DNA of 64,000 nt from Parachlamydiales bacterium (lineage in GTDB: Bacteria; Chlamydiota; Chlamydiia; Chlamydiales; Rhabdochlamydiaceae): assembly GCA_963705295.1 (NCBI GenBank), contig OY970065.1, positions 1,792,001 through 1,856,000 on the forward strand, given 5' to 3'. Below, piece by piece: positions 37,022 through 47,963 of the stretch (within the stretch, counting starts at the first letter, position 1; each line of letters begins with the position of its first letter). The notes below the pieces were generated by a model. It saw nothing but the letters and a program-made list of their open reading frames with translations, was not told the origin of the DNA and did not search any database. The translations under genes and the position numbers were made by a program.

Positions 37022-39007
37022 TTAGAGGAGGGATTCGAATTGTTTCTCGGTGAGGGTGGGTATTTTGAGTTCTTTGGCTTTGTCGAGTTTGGAGCCGGGG
37101 TCTTCGCCGACGAGGACGAAGTCGGTATTTTTGCTGACGGATGAGGAAACTTTTCCACCTCTTTCTTTGATGAGCTGGGCGGCTTGGTCGCGGGAGTAGT
37201 TTTGGAGGGCGCCGGTTAAAACAAAGGTTTTACCAGAGAAAAGATGTCCGGTTCGGGTGATTTGCTTAGGAGGCTCGGGTTTTACACCGTGGGCAAGGAG
37301 GGCTTCGATTTCTTTTAGGTTTTTTGGGTCTTGGAAATAACTCTTGATAGCTTCGGCCATCTTCTCGCCGATCCCTTCGATGCGGAGAAGATCGTCCTGT
37401 GTCATTTTTGCAAGCTGGTGGATCGAGCCGGCTTCCTGAGCGAGGAGTTCGGCTGTTTCTTCACCGACATGGGGGATTCCGAGGGCGCAAATAAGCCGGG
37501 CCAAAGAAACGTGCCTGGATGCATCGATCCCGTGCAGAAGATTTTGGATTGACTTTTCTTTAAAGCCCTCGAGTTTGGCGAGATCGTCAGCTGTGAGGGT
37601 GTAAATATCGGACGGTTTCTTGATGAGTTTCTTTTCAACGAGCTGCTCGGCTACTTTTTCTCCCAAATGATTGATATCCATTCCGTGTTTCCCTGTAAAA
37701 TGGATGAGGCGACCCACCGTCTGAGCCGGACACTCCCGATTGGGACACCGGACAGCGACTTCCTTCTCTAGCCGTACAACGGGTGTTGCACAAACGGGAC
37801 AATGGGAGGGCATTTTCCACGGATGGGTATGGGAGGGGCGTCTTTTTTTATCAACTTCGATCACTTGAGGAATGACATCTCCCCCTTTCGCAATGACAAC
37901 ATAGTCACCTTCCCGGATATCTTTTCGAGCAACTTCCCGTTCATTGTGCAAAGTCGCCCTGGAAATCGTGCTTCCTGCAAGAAAAACAGGCTCGAGTTCT
38001 GCGACAGGAGTTAAAATCCCTGTTCTTCCGACCTGCACCCGGATTTCTCGAATGCGGGTGGTCGCTTGCAGCGGAGCAAATTTATAAGCAACAGCCCACC
38101 GTGGACTTTTCCCTGTAGTTCCGAGAAGGGGCCAATATTTTAAAGGATCGACTTTGATGACGATCCCATCGATGTCGAAGGGAAGGGTTTCCCGTTCTTT
38201 TTCAATCTTGTGTGCAAATTTTAAAATTGAATCGACACTGTCACAGACGGCCCGGTGGCGGGTAGAAAAAACAGGAAGATCGAATTGATGGAGGTATTCA
38301 TGCACTGCGTGCTGGGTCGGTACGGGTGGATTTTCCCTTTCTGCAATGCCATAGAAAACCGCCTGCAAACCCCGCTGAGCGACTTCATGAGGATCGAGGA
38401 GTTTTAAAGATCCTGCAGCAGCGTTGCGAGGATTTGCCCATGGCTCTTCACCCGCTTCTTCTTTTTCTTCATTTTGCTTTTGAAAAGCTCTGTGAGGCAT
38501 GAACACTTCACCTCGGATTTCAAGATCTCCCTCGTAAGGAATTTCTAACGGTATCGACCGGATCGTTTTCATATTCGCTGTGATGTCATCACCGACTCGT
38601 CCATCGCCCCGTGTCAGGGCCCGTGTGTATTTTCCTTTCTCGTACCGAACCGAAACAGCAACGCCATCCATCTTAAGCTCGACACAAAAAGGAACTTTTT
38701 CTTTTTCTAAAAGGCGGTGGACACGAGCGACATAATCACCCAGCTCTTCGGGATTATAGGTGTTATCGAGCGACAGCATCGGAGTGGTGTGCGTCCCATG
38801 TCTAAACCCCTTGGTGAGCGCCTCTCCGACCCGCTGTGTCGGTGAAGTGGGGGTGACCCACTCCGGATGCTCGGCTTCAATTTTTTTGAGTTTGGCATAT
38901 AGTTGATCGTACTCGTAATCAGAGATGGCAGGGTGGTTTTCTATGAAATAATGCCGGTCGTGTTTTCGGACTTCTTCAATGAGTTTTAGGTATTCACTTT
39001 TTGACAT
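37022..39007 (-). CDS. ligA: NAD-dependent DNA ligase
   Basis: ELKMDG, TRGDG, NPRNAAAGSL, C4 zinc finger and C-terminal BRCT domain. Confidence 0.98.
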   Translation of the reverse strand: MSKSEYLKLIEEVRKHDRHYFIENHPAISDYEYDQLYAKLKKIEAEHPEWVTPTSPTQRVGEALTKGFRHGTHTTPMLSLDNTYNPEELGDYVARVHRLLEKEKVPFCVELKMDGVAVSVRYEKGKYTRALTRGDGRVGDDITANMKTIRSIPLEIPYEGDLEIRGEVFMPHRAFQKQNEEKEEAGEEPWANPRNAAAGSLKLLDPHEVAQRGLQAVFYGIAERENPPVPTQHAVHEYLHQFDLPVFSTRHRAVCDSVDSILKFAHKIEKERETLPFDIDGIVIKVDPLKYWPLLGTTGKSPRWAVAYKFAPLQATTRIREIRVQVGRTGILTPVAELEPVFLAGSTISRATLHNEREVARKDIREGDYVVIAKGGDVIPQVIEVDKKRRPSHTHPWKMPSHCPVCATPVVRLEKEVAVRCPNRECPAQTVGRLIHFTGKHGMDINHLGEKVAEQLVEKKLIKKPSDIYTLTADDLAKLEGFKEKSIQNLLHGIDASRHVSLARLICALGIPHVGEETAELLAQEAGSIHQLAKMTQDDLLRIEGIGEKMAEAIKSYFQDPKNLKEIEALLAHGVKPEPPKQITRTGHLFSGKTFVLTGALQNYSRDQAAQLIKERGGKVSSSVSKNTDFVLVGEDPGSKLDKAKELKIPTLTEKQFESLL

Positions 39008-41072
39008 GAAAGACCATCGTTGCTAAGGGCGCAAGTCTAATTAAAAAGCCGTCAGGGACCACTTGGATTGCACCATTCATTTTGCCCGATCCGCCCCATT
39101 CTGCTCGATCGGTATTCATGATTTCCTCGACCTGTTTTGCTCCTGGAAACCGGATGAAATAATTATCATAATAATTGGGTGTAAAATGGTGGACACAGAT
39201 GAGAAATTGATCGCCGCTTTTTCGGATGTAGCTGAGAACAGAATTTTGAATATCTTGAAAATCGATCCATTCGAAACCGGTCGGATCGAAATCTCTCTCC
39301 CAGAGGGGCGGATGGTCCAAATAGAAATGATTGAGACTGCGGAAGCACTCTTGCAACCGGCTGTGTCTTTCGTAGTGGAGAAGATTCCAGGCGATTTCCT
39401 CCTTGCAGTTCCACTCACTCCACTGTCCGAGCTCGCATCCCATAAAAATCAGTTTTTTCCCAGGTTGACACAGCATGTAGCTATAAAAAAGTCTGACATT
39501 TGCAAATTTTTGCCAATCGTCGCCCGGCATTTTAGAAATGAGGCTCGCTTTTCCATGAACCACCTCATCATGAGAAATAACTAAGATAAATCTCTCCGAA
39601 AAAATATAGATGAGGCCAAATGTCAAATCATTTTGATGGAACTTTCTGTGGATGGGATCTTTTTGAAAATATCTCAGCGTATCGTTCATCCAACCCATGT
39701 TCCATTTGAGATCGAAACCAAGGCCATTCCACTCGGTCGGCTGTGTCATTCCCGAAAAAGAGGTCGACTCTTCTGCGCACACCAGAGCTCGCGGGTGCAA
39801 TTGATGCATAATCGAGTTGAGATGTTTTATAAATTCGATCGCTTCGAGATTTTCGTGTCCGCCGTACGGATTGGGAATCCAATCACCCGGGTTTCGGCCA
39901 TAATCCAAATAGAGCATCGAAGCCACAGCATCGACACGGAGTCCATCGATGTGCATTTTTTCAATCCAAAAAAGAGCATTTGCCAGCAGAAAATTTGAGA
40001 CTTCGTGTCTGCCATAATTGAAAATGTACGTATTCCAGTGGGGATGAAATCCTTTGCGGGGATCTGCATGTTCATAGAGAGGCGTTCCATCAAAGCGAGC
40101 GAGGGAAAAATCATCCGTTGGGAAGTGGGCTGCGACCCAATCGAGAATAACCCCAATTCCAATAGTATGGAGATGATTCACAAAATACTGGAAATCTTCT
40201 GGAGTCCCATACCGGCATGTCACGGCATAATACCCACTCACTTGATACCCCCACGATTCATCGAGCGGGTATTCGCTGATTGGCATCAGCTCTATATGAG
40301 TGAACCCCATCATTTTGCAATAAGCACCGAGCTCATGAGCAAGCTCCCGATAACCCAGCCCTTTCTTCCATGAGCCGAGATGCACTTCATAGATATTGAG
40401 CGGCCGATTCAGATGCCCCCGTTTTTCGATCCACTCGGAATCTGCCCACTTAAATCGATCGACATCAAAAAGGGATGAGGCTGTTTTAGGACGGATTTCA
40501 CTGGCATAAGCATACGGATCGGCCTTCAATAATCTCCGACCATCTTTCGAATGGATTTCGAATTTGTATTTTTCATTCTGCTCCAGCCCTGGAATAAAAA
40601 TTTCCCAAATCCCCGAAGCTCCCATCGATCGCATCGGATAGACCCGGCCATCCCATAGATTAAAGTCGCCGACCAAAGAAACCGACTTTGCATTCGGGGC
40701 CCAAACAGCAAATTTCGCGCCGCGGCATCCTTGATGCTCCGTCAGCCTCCCTCCCATCCGATCGAAGAGTTTATAGTGGGTTCCCATTCCAAAGAGGTAG
40801 CAATCGAGCTCCCCAAAAGTCGGTAAAAAAGAGTACGGGTCGTACTGCAACACTCCATTTGCATGATAAATTTTGTAATCGAGCGGTTTTACAGATGCAG
40901 GAGCTTTCACCTCGAACAAACCGGCATCATCGACTTTCTTCGCTTCGACAATCTTACCCTGGAGTTCGATATGACAGCTCTTTGCCCCCGGACGCCAAAT
41001 CCGGATGACCTTGTCATGAAGACCTAAAACACCATGAGGATTATGTAGTTCAAACAACTCTACCTGCAACAT
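38994..41072 (-). CDS. glgB: 1,4-alpha-glucan branching enzyme
   Basis: FAVWAPNA, YEVHLGSW, SWGYQ, LRVDAVASM, AEEST and SHDEVVHGK; start reassigned to MLQVELF. Confidence 0.97.
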   Translation of the reverse strand: MLQVELFELHNPHGVLGLHDKVIRIWRPGAKSCHIELQGKIVEAKKVDDAGLFEVKAPASVKPLDYKIYHANGVLQYDPYSFLPTFGELDCYLFGMGTHYKLFDRMGGRLTEHQGCRGAKFAVWAPNAKSVSLVGDFNLWDGRVYPMRSMGASGIWEIFIPGLEQNEKYKFEIHSKDGRRLLKADPYAYASEIRPKTASSLFDVDRFKWADSEWIEKRGHLNRPLNIYEVHLGSWKKGLGYRELAHELGAYCKMMGFTHIELMPISEYPLDESWGYQVSGYYAVTCRYGTPEDFQYFVNHLHTIGIGVILDWVAAHFPTDDFSLARFDGTPLYEHADPRKGFHPHWNTYIFNYGRHEVSNFLLANALFWIEKMHIDGLRVDAVASMLYLDYGRNPGDWIPNPYGGHENLEAIEFIKHLNSIMHQLHPRALVCAEESTSFSGMTQPTEWNGLGFDLKWNMGWMNDTLRYFQKDPIHRKFHQNDLTFGLIYIFSERFILVISHDEVVHGKASLISKMPGDDWQKFANVRLFYSYMLCQPGKKLIFMGCELGQWSEWNCKEEIAWNLLHYERHSRLQECFRSLNHFYLDHPPLWERDFDPTGFEWIDFQDIQNSVLSYIRKSGDQFLICVHHFTPNYYDNYFIRFPGAKQVEEIMNTDRAEWGGSGKMNGAIQVVPDGFLIRLAPLATMVFHVKK

Positions 41073-42246
41073 CCGCTTCTTTTTGTGCAAAAAGATAGAC
41101 GGCTCCCACCAAACATGCCCCCAATCCCATCCCAATGACAGGAAGAGGGCCTATTTGCGTACATAAGAGACTCGCCATAAAGGGGACTATAATTCCTCGC
41201 AGTCCAACTGTCAAAATATTTACTGTCGAATAAAGGCTGCTCTCCTGATTTCCAGCAAAAAGAGGTCCCGACAGATGCCAAATCAAATGACTCCCCGCTT
41301 GAGCAACGCCGTACAAGAAAAAAGCGACAAAGAACCAGTTGAGATGCCAGCTAGCCAATATCCAGCATAGGGCAGACGCTGCAAAAAGAAGGCATGCCAT
41401 CCCCGTCAACCTATAAATTCCTCCATACGACATCTTTTGTCTCCAAAAAGGAGTCGCGATCACAAACCCAAGCCCCATCCATACAAAGCGACTGAGCAAC
41501 ATATCGCCATGACTGACAGCGAGACCATCTGCAGAATACAGAACCAACGCCGGCATCATCAGCATCAGCCCAATGCCCCCCAACATAAATCCAAACTGGA
41601 ACCGTGCAAAATCAGGCCGCTCCCTCAAAAGATTTAAACTATCTTTCCACGGTGCAATCATGGGATGATGCTTTGATGGTGTCGATGCGAGCTTCGATTC
41701 TCCGACAGGAACCATGCCTTGAATAACCCATGAAAGAACTCCAATGACCGCTCCAAATCCCAGTATCGACTCCCATGAAACATGCGATGTCCAAAGAGCA
41801 AAACCAATGATGGCTCCTCCTAAAAAGTTCAGCGCCGAGCTCCAAGAGAAAAACGTCTCCCGTTTTCCTTCGGGGACATTCTGCTTCAATATCTCCATCT
41901 GAGCCGGCATCCCCCCTCTCTGAAAGAAATAAAAAACGGCCGCCCCCGCAATAAACACCCACACATTCTGTACAAACGGAAAAATCAAAAATGGCACCCG
42001 GGCCATCAACCACGATCCCATCCAATTCGCCCTCAGCCTACCCCGATTCCTCCACAGACTCGCCCCCCAATAAAACGAAAGCAGTGCCACCGCCGGCTTG
42101 ACCATATTGAACAGTCCAATCTGAAGCGGACTCGCCCCCAAATCTTTCCTCAATATAAACGGCAATATCGCAATAAACCCTGCTAACGGCTCATGGATCA
42201 ACCCGAGCAAAAAATAAGCGATCCTCGTCTTCCTGGACACATTCAT
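41050..42246 (-). CDS. MFS-type membrane transporter
   Basis: About 12 hydrophobic helices, 398 aa. Confidence 0.75.
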   Translation of the reverse strand: MNVSRKTRIAYFLLGLIHEPLAGFIAILPFILRKDLGASPLQIGLFNMVKPAVALLSFYWGASLWRNRGRLRANWMGSWLMARVPFLIFPFVQNVWVFIAGAAVFYFFQRGGMPAQMEILKQNVPEGKRETFFSWSSALNFLGGAIIGFALWTSHVSWESILGFGAVIGVLSWVIQGMVPVGESKLASTPSKHHPMIAPWKDSLNLLRERPDFARFQFGFMLGGIGLMLMMPALVLYSADGLAVSHGDMLLSRFVWMGLGFVIATPFWRQKMSYGGIYRLTGMACLLFAASALCWILASWHLNWFFVAFFLYGVAQAGSHLIWHLSGPLFAGNQESSLYSTVNILTVGLRGIIVPFMASLLCTQIGPLPVIGMGLGACLVGAVYLFAQKEADVAGRVV

Positions 42247-42311
42247 AAGAGGTCCATTATATCAGAATTTGTTTTATTTGAGTTTTGAGGAAATTCAGGT
42301 ATAATGCTCCT

Positions 42312-43355
42312 ATGACAATACAATCTTTAAAACCTTTCGTTGCTTCTACAACTTTTTTTGAGAAAGCTGATCGTGTTACTAATTATTTGATTTTCCCAGC
42401 AGCCGTTTTAGGTCTTCATGCTCTGACTATACGTAAAACAAAAGACCGTTTAATAACTTACAGTGCATATTTTGCCATAACCTACGCTCTCCGAAAAATT
42501 TTTTCAGCTGCCATCGGTTACATGGTTTATCCAGCATGGCAGTACCCCGTGGACATGCTCTCAAGACTTGCTCATCACCATATCACGCAACTCAACGATT
42601 TTACAGTTCGAAATATTACCCTTTACAAGTCGGGTGTTCGCTATGCCGGTTTTGTGATTACAAAACCTGGGCTAGATCCAAAAAAATGGTCGATGCATGC
42701 GTTTGGAAATGCCATGGCGATGGAACATGCCATGTCGGAATATGCCAAGGAAAATGCAAACAATGGATGCAACACCCTTCTTCTCAATGGCCCGTCTGTT
42801 GGAAATAGTGGCGGTTTTCCGACGAGATATGCAATGGGGGCTGGCTTCGAGGCAGGAATGCAGTTTTTGGAAAAAGAAATGCAAGCAACCCATCTCATTT
42901 TCAATGGACTTTCTCTGGGCAGTGGAATGCTTTCAGAAGCAGTACTTTCCCACACATTCCAAACAAGAAAAGTTCGGTATTTGGCTATTTCCGATAGAAC
43001 CTTTGCCGATCTCGTGAAAATTGCGAAATTTTTTGTTCAGCGTGTCATAGGATCCCTGGGCAATCCTCTCTGTGACATCCTTTTTCACTTTAGCGGAACA
43101 AATTTAAGAGGGGTTGCCGCCGCACACAAATTAAGTCATTTAAGGATTCAGCAGATTGTTATCCAAAGTACTCTGAAAAATGACGGAGTCATACCCAAGG
43201 AGGCATCACTCCTCACCGCCTTGCGATCTACTTCACTGAGCCATTTTACACCCCTGGAATCTCCTGACATTCGTCATAATGATCCCCTTCCAAAGAATAT
43301 CCAAGAGCAATTGGACGGTGAAATCCGGGAGTTCCTTTCCCTACCTACCTTATGA
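42312..43355 (+). CDS. Alpha/beta-hydrolase-fold protein resembling the chlamydial 43-kDa (CHLPS) family
   Basis: GNAM..E, N.PSVG.S.G, G.SLG.G nucleophile elbow, DRTF, DGVI and H motifs. Confidence 0.65.
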   Translation: MTIQSLKPFVASTTFFEKADRVTNYLIFPAAVLGLHALTIRKTKDRLITYSAYFAITYALRKIFSAAIGYMVYPAWQYPVDMLSRLAHHHITQLNDFTVRNITLYKSGVRYAGFVITKPGLDPKKWSMHAFGNAMAMEHAMSEYAKENANNGCNTLLLNGPSVGNSGGFPTRYAMGAGFEAGMQFLEKEMQATHLIFNGLSLGSGMLSEAVLSHTFQTRKVRYLAISDRTFADLVKIAKFFVQRVIGSLGNPLCDILFHFSGTNLRGVAAAHKLSHLRIQQIVIQSTLKNDGVIPKEASLLTALRSTSLSHFTPLESPDIRHNDPLPKNIQEQLDGEIREFLSLPTL

Positions 43356-43357
43356 CA

Positions 43358-44209
43358 CTATTTCTCGAAGCGATCGAGGAAATAGGTCTTACCCTGTTCC
43401 AGTAATAGAGAGCCTACGCGCCGGAGTTTTTTATTTAAACGGAATGTTTTGAGCGGTTTTTTAAGTTCAAGAACGATTTCTCGTGTTTGGGCCGCGTGAA
43501 TGATAACACGCCGGAGGAGATGTTTAGACCACTCGAAATCAAGGGTGTCTCCTTCCTCTGTCTGGAGATGGATAAAGCGGCCGGCATGGAAGGTGCTCTC
43601 GGGAAGAAACGACCACTTAGAACCTTCTTGTTGGAAGAAAAGAGACCGAATTTTCCGGCTTCCTTCTCGGAGGAGCGCTAAAGGAGAAGTGAAAAGAATG
43701 GGTGAGAATCCCAGGTGATCTTTATCTTCAAGACGAGGAGATAAAATCCCTTCAAAGCCCGTTAAAAACAGCTGGTGAAAACACCGAATTTCCCCCTCCG
43801 TCGTTGTCTCAGGAACCATCTGTCCTAGCCGAAACCAGACAGGAAGGATTTCTCTAAGATCACCTCGACGACGAACGAGCTCCCAATCGAGTTTTTTGCT
43901 CATCCCGAGGGACAGTCTCTCTAAAGAAGTTGAAAAATCTGCCTCTTGATCGATTTTATGCTTCCGATACCCCTCCGCAGTGTGGCCATAAATCCAAACC
44001 ACTCCTTTTTCCAAATCGAGTTCAACGGTGAAGTTTGAAACAGGACCTTTCCAATCGAGTTTTTGTTCTCTTGTTTCGTGCGTGAGGAGATTTTCAAACT
44101 TTAAAACCGTCGGATAAGCGACAACCTTCCAAGAAGTCCAAGGAATCAAACAAGCCGTACCTGGCAAATGACAAAACGGGCGGAGTCGCTCAGCTATTTT
44201 GATTTTCAA
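43358..44209 (-). CDS. Conserved chlamydial hypothetical protein (CT865-like)
   Basis: MKIKIAERLRPF.H.PG, L.LG..KK.DWE.V.RR and Y.LDRFEK; lies between glgB and mtaB. Confidence 0.65.
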   Translation of the reverse strand: MKIKIAERLRPFCHLPGTACLIPWTSWKVVAYPTVLKFENLLTHETREQKLDWKGPVSNFTVELDLEKGVVWIYGHTAEGYRKHKIDQEADFSTSLERLSLGMSKKLDWELVRRRGDLREILPVWFRLGQMVPETTTEGEIRCFHQLFLTGFEGILSPRLEDKDHLGFSPILFTSPLALLREGSRKIRSLFFQQEGSKWSFLPESTFHAGRFIHLQTEEGDTLDFEWSKHLLRRVIIHAAQTREIVLELKKPLKTFRLNKKLRRVGSLLLEQGKTYFLDRFEK

Positions 44210-45432
44210 GCAACCACTCTCCCGACAAGCCCTTCCGGCATATTTTTCAATGTCTCCACTTCAACCACCGTGTTTCTTGTTTCTTTGGAAAGACAATTAA
44301 CAGGGAGAAAATTTTCGGTATGACCAAACTCATCGGTCTCCATCAAAACCTTCACCCTTTTGCCGACGTACGCTTCTCTCATTTCAAAAGCGAGCTTTTC
44401 CGACTCGCGTAAAATCGCTTGCTTCCTCTCTTGGATTTCATCTTGAGAAACTCTCCCTGGAAATAATGCTGCCCTGGTTCTCAGACGAGGGCTATAAGGA
44501 AACATATGCACCTTCGCAAATCGAACGGTCCGCATCACTTCTAAGGTTTCTCCAAAATCGGTGCTGGTTTCTCCCGGAAATCCGACAATAATATCGGTTG
44601 TGAAGGTGAAATCAGGTGCCGCTTTCTTGAGCCGCTCAACGGTTTCTAAGAAAATCTGCTTCGTATACTTTCGATTCATCCGTTTCAATGTCACATTCGA
44701 ACCGGCTTGTAGAACGATATGGAGCGAATGGCATGTCTTTTTGCCCGACAAAATCGCATCCATGAGTTTGTCATCGACTTCATCCGGATCGATTGATGAA
44801 AGACGGATCCTTTCTAACCCCTCGATCTGGTCGACCGCCTGCACTAAATCAGCAAGTTTCTGCCCTTGATCTTCATAATCACCAATGTTGATTCCAGTCA
44901 GAACCACTTCCTTATATCCATTTTCAACAAGACCTTGCACTTCCTTCAGAATATCGTCTACAGATCGAGAACGAGATCGCCCCCGCACATAAGGAATAAT
45001 ACAATACGTGCAAAACGAATTGCATCCGTCTTGGACCTTGACGAAAGCTCTCGTGTGCGCTGAAAAATGATCGATCTTAAATTCCGGAAGTTCTTCTTCT
45101 GGAAAAACAACCGAGAGTAACTCTTCTTTCTTCTTATTGGAGACAACGTGCGTCACGCCTTCAATCGCCTGAATTTCCTCCGGCAGTCTTTCTGCCAAAC
45201 AACCGGTCACAATAATCGACGCTTCGGGATTTTTCCGATGCAGCTGCCGAATCTGCTGCCGGCTGTGACTGTCGGCCGATTCAGTGACCGTGCACGTGTT
45301 GACGATGCAAAGATCAGCCTCTTCCCCTTCTAAAACTTCCCGGTATCCGAGTCGTCTCAGCTGCGAGGCGTAGGCTTCCGATTCGTATTGGTTGGTGCGA
45401 CACCCTAATGTTGCAATTTTAAATTTTTTCAT
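44206..45432 (-). CDS. mtaB: tRNA t6A37 methylthiotransferase MtaB
   Basis: TLGCRTNQYES, NTCTVT, radical SAM CNSFCTYC and HMFPYS.R..T.A. Confidence 0.95.
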   Translation of the reverse strand: MKKFKIATLGCRTNQYESEAYASQLRRLGYREVLEGEEADLCIVNTCTVTESADSHSRQQIRQLHRKNPEASIIVTGCLAERLPEEIQAIEGVTHVVSNKKKEELLSVVFPEEELPEFKIDHFSAHTRAFVKVQDGCNSFCTYCIIPYVRGRSRSRSVDDILKEVQGLVENGYKEVVLTGINIGDYEDQGQKLADLVQAVDQIEGLERIRLSSIDPDEVDDKLMDAILSGKKTCHSLHIVLQAGSNVTLKRMNRKYTKQIFLETVERLKKAAPDFTFTTDIIVGFPGETSTDFGETLEVMRTVRFAKVHMFPYSPRLRTRAALFPGRVSQDEIQERKQAILRESEKLAFEMREAYVGKRVKVLMETDEFGHTENFLPVNCLSKETRNTVVEVETLKNMPEGLVGRVVA

Positions 45433-45815
45433 ATTAATAAAAGGGCCAAGTCATCCATCGTATCGGGATTTCGGACCAAATCTACAGAAAGATTACTTCC
45501 CAAACGCCTGGCAAAAATAGCGGCAATAAAAGAAGTTGCATTTAAGGCGATCGCAACCATCGGATCAAACGGTTTTTCGAGTGCAGCCATCACCAAAAGT
45601 CCACTCGCAATTCCAATGATCCTCGAGATCAACAGCGGGGCCAAAATTTCTTGATGCTCCTGTGCATCTTTATTCACTCGGGTTAAATATAAACCAACCA
45701 GTCCACTGATGGCTATATCCGTTCCGTTGTAAATTAAAGCATTCTTCTCAGGGATATTTCTAGAATAAGAAATTAATGCTCTTGAACAAACTGAAGCTAC
45801 GATTCCAATTGCCAT
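45429..45815 (-). CDS. Hypothetical membrane protein
   Basis: 128 aa with several hydrophobic segments; 4 nt overlap with the mtaB start. Confidence 0.5.
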   Translation of the reverse strand: MAIGIVASVCSRALISYSRNIPEKNALIYNGTDIAISGLVGLYLTRVNKDAQEHQEILAPLLISRIIGIASGLLVMAALEKPFDPMVAIALNATSFIAAIFARRLGSNLSVDLVRNPDTMDDLALLLI

Positions 45816-45883
45816 GGGATAATTATACCCGTAATAAAGATAAATCTATAGACAAAATATTTCGTTGTCACTATGCATGGGAT

Positions 45884-46465
45884 ATGTCCATTTTTAGTGT
45901 GACAACGTCTCTTTTCTTTGTCCTCAACTCACTCGGAAATGTACCCTTTTTTGTGGGACTCCTCAGTAGCTATCCTCTTAAAAAACAAAAAAAAATTATC
46001 ACCCGAGAGATGCTTATTGCCCTGCTGATTCTGATCATCTTTAATTTTTTTGGAAATCAGATCCTCCATATCCTCGGGATTGATCAGTGCGTCGTCGGAA
46101 TTGCTGGTGGAACCCTTCTATTTATTATTTCTCTCAGCATGATCTTCCCTAAAAAAAACCATCTTAAAGTTCCCAACCGAGAACCGTTTATCTTCCCTCT
46201 AGCCATCCCCGCTATTGCAGGACCAGGTGCGATCACAGCTGTGATGATCTACTCTCAACAAATGCACCCGTTTCATATGCTCATCCCTATCATCCTTGCC
46301 TGGGCAGCCTCCGCCTTTGTCCTCCTCGCCTCTTCCAACATCAAGTTATTTTTAGGCCAAAAGGGGCTCGTTGCCTGCGAAAGACTCGGTGGAATGGTCA
46401 TCTCCTTGATCGCCGTGCAGATGTTTACAACCGGTGTCGTCGGCCTTGTCCAAAACAAATTTTAA
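45884..46465 (+). CDS. MarC family membrane protein
   Basis: N.LGN.P.F, IAGG.LLF, PLAIP.IAGPG and ERL.G motifs. Confidence 0.9.
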   Translation: MSIFSVTTSLFFVLNSLGNVPFFVGLLSSYPLKKQKKIITREMLIALLILIIFNFFGNQILHILGIDQCVVGIAGGTLLFIISLSMIFPKKNHLKVPNREPFIFPLAIPAIAGPGAITAVMIYSQQMHPFHMLIPIILAWAASAFVLLASSNIKLFLGQKGLVACERLGGMVISLIAVQMFTTGVVGLVQNKF

Positions 46466-47183
46466 ATTAACTTTCCTCGGAACGCGCGGGGAAATCAAAC
46501 CCAAAACTTCCCGTCATCGGATGCACACCTCATTGATGATTTCCCACATGAGAACCAAAATCATGATCGATTGCGGAACATCCTGGCTTGGCAGGCTCGG
46601 TAAAATTAAAGCTGATCATATCATCCTCACCCATGCCCATCCCGACCATGCTTTCGGCCTCAAAAATGGAGCTCCCTGCCCCGTTTGGGCCACACAAGCG
46701 ACCTTCGACTACATTCAAAAATTTCCCATCAAACAAAAACATCTCATCCAGCCTCGTAAAAAAATCCGCATCGCCGGTGTCACGTTCGAGCCGTTTCCCG
46801 TTCTCCATTCGATCCGGTGCCCTGCCGTCGGCTACCGCATCACCTGCAAAAAAATAAAATTTTTCTATGTACCCGATGTCGCTTATATTCCCGACATCGA
46901 CGAGGCGTTCCAGAGCATCCAATTTTACATTGGTGACGGAGCAACACCCTGGCGCCCCATGATCCGTAAAAACAAACAAACCGGTGAAATCTTCGGCCAT
47001 GCTACAATCCGGCAACAACTCACCTGGTGCCATAAACAACATGTCCCCAAAATGATCATCACCCACTGCGGCTCTGAGATTGTCTCCAAAGAAAAACTCG
47101 TGCTCCCCCGCATTCAAGAATTTGCAAAACAAAGAGGCGTCGAAGTTGTTCTCGCTTATGATGGTCTGGAGCTTTCTCTATGA
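46434..47183 (+). CDS. MBL-fold metallo-hydrolase
   Basis: LTFLGTRG, IDCG, THAHPDH, HS, GH, THC and AYDG motifs; start codon uncertain. Confidence 0.82.
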   Translation: MSSALSKTNFKLTFLGTRGEIKPKTSRHRMHTSLMISHMRTKIMIDCGTSWLGRLGKIKADHIILTHAHPDHAFGLKNGAPCPVWATQATFDYIQKFPIKQKHLIQPRKKIRIAGVTFEPFPVLHSIRCPAVGYRITCKKIKFFYVPDVAYIPDIDEAFQSIQFYIGDGATPWRPMIRKNKQTGEIFGHATIRQQLTWCHKQHVPKMIITHCGSEIVSKEKLVLPRIQEFAKQRGVEVVLAYDGLELSL

Positions 47184-47959
47184 AAGAATATTTATGGACA
47201 TCCGCTGGTGGTAGACTTCAATATCAAAGCGCGCAGGGTACAAGCGCGGTGAACTGGTTATTTCTTCCAGGTGGACCAGGACTGGGCTCCGAAGCTCTCG
47301 CAGATCTGACCGGGCTTCTCAAAGATAAAATCCCCGGGGTTATCTGGCATTTCGATCTACCCAATGACGGCTCAAATCTTTTAAAAGATAAATCACTATC
47401 CAACTGGCGCGCTGCTATTACCCAAGCCGTTACAGCTTTTGAGAAAGTCGTCTTGGTTGCACACTCCACTCCAGGCATGTACGTCCAAACCATGCCTCAA
47501 CTTGAAAACCTATTACATGGCCTTGTCCTCATCGGTTCTGCACCCGATGCTTCATGGCAAAAATCACTCCCTAAAGAAATCATCGAACCAAAAAATGATG
47601 ATGAACTGAGGAAATTGTTAATTGCCTCAGCACACCAGTGCTTTGTCACAGACAAATCTCTAGAACAGGGAAAAGAATTATTTAAAAGAATTCCTGTCAA
47701 TAACAGAGCGCATGAACTCTCCTCAAAAATTTTTGACGTAGAAAATTATAAGGCGACATTCATCCCAAAACATCTGAAGACCCTGATTATAACCGGTTCG
47801 AGCGATCACATCACTCCTTCTGCCCTGTTCAAAAACAATCCGCTCTATCAAAGAGAGAATATTTTAATCAGAGAAATCCCTCAAGCTGGCCACTATCCGT
47901 GGTTTGAAAATCCCAAAGAAGTCGCTCACGCATTTCAAGATTTTTCTAGAAAAACCTGA
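47180..47959 (+). CDS. Alpha/beta hydrolase
   Basis: LPGGPG, AHS, G..DHITP and AGHYPWFENP motifs. Confidence 0.82.
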   Translation: MKEYLWTSAGGRLQYQSAQGTSAVNWLFLPGGPGLGSEALADLTGLLKDKIPGVIWHFDLPNDGSNLLKDKSLSNWRAAITQAVTAFEKVVLVAHSTPGMYVQTMPQLENLLHGLVLIGSAPDASWQKSLPKEIIEPKNDDELRKLLIASAHQCFVTDKSLEQGKELFKRIPVNNRAHELSSKIFDVENYKATFIPKHLKTLIITGSSDHITPSALFKNNPLYQRENILIREIPQAGHYPWFENPKEVAHAFQDFSRKT

Positions 47960-47963
47960 AAAG

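Noticed and set aside
47945..47959. tctagaaaaacctga at the end of the hydrolase gene (SRKT*) resembles the radC repeat start tcaaaaaaaaccgga (SKKTG) in the same frame, a possible third att copy
   Set aside because: It is a short, A-rich, imperfect match with no similarity beyond it and could easily be chance.
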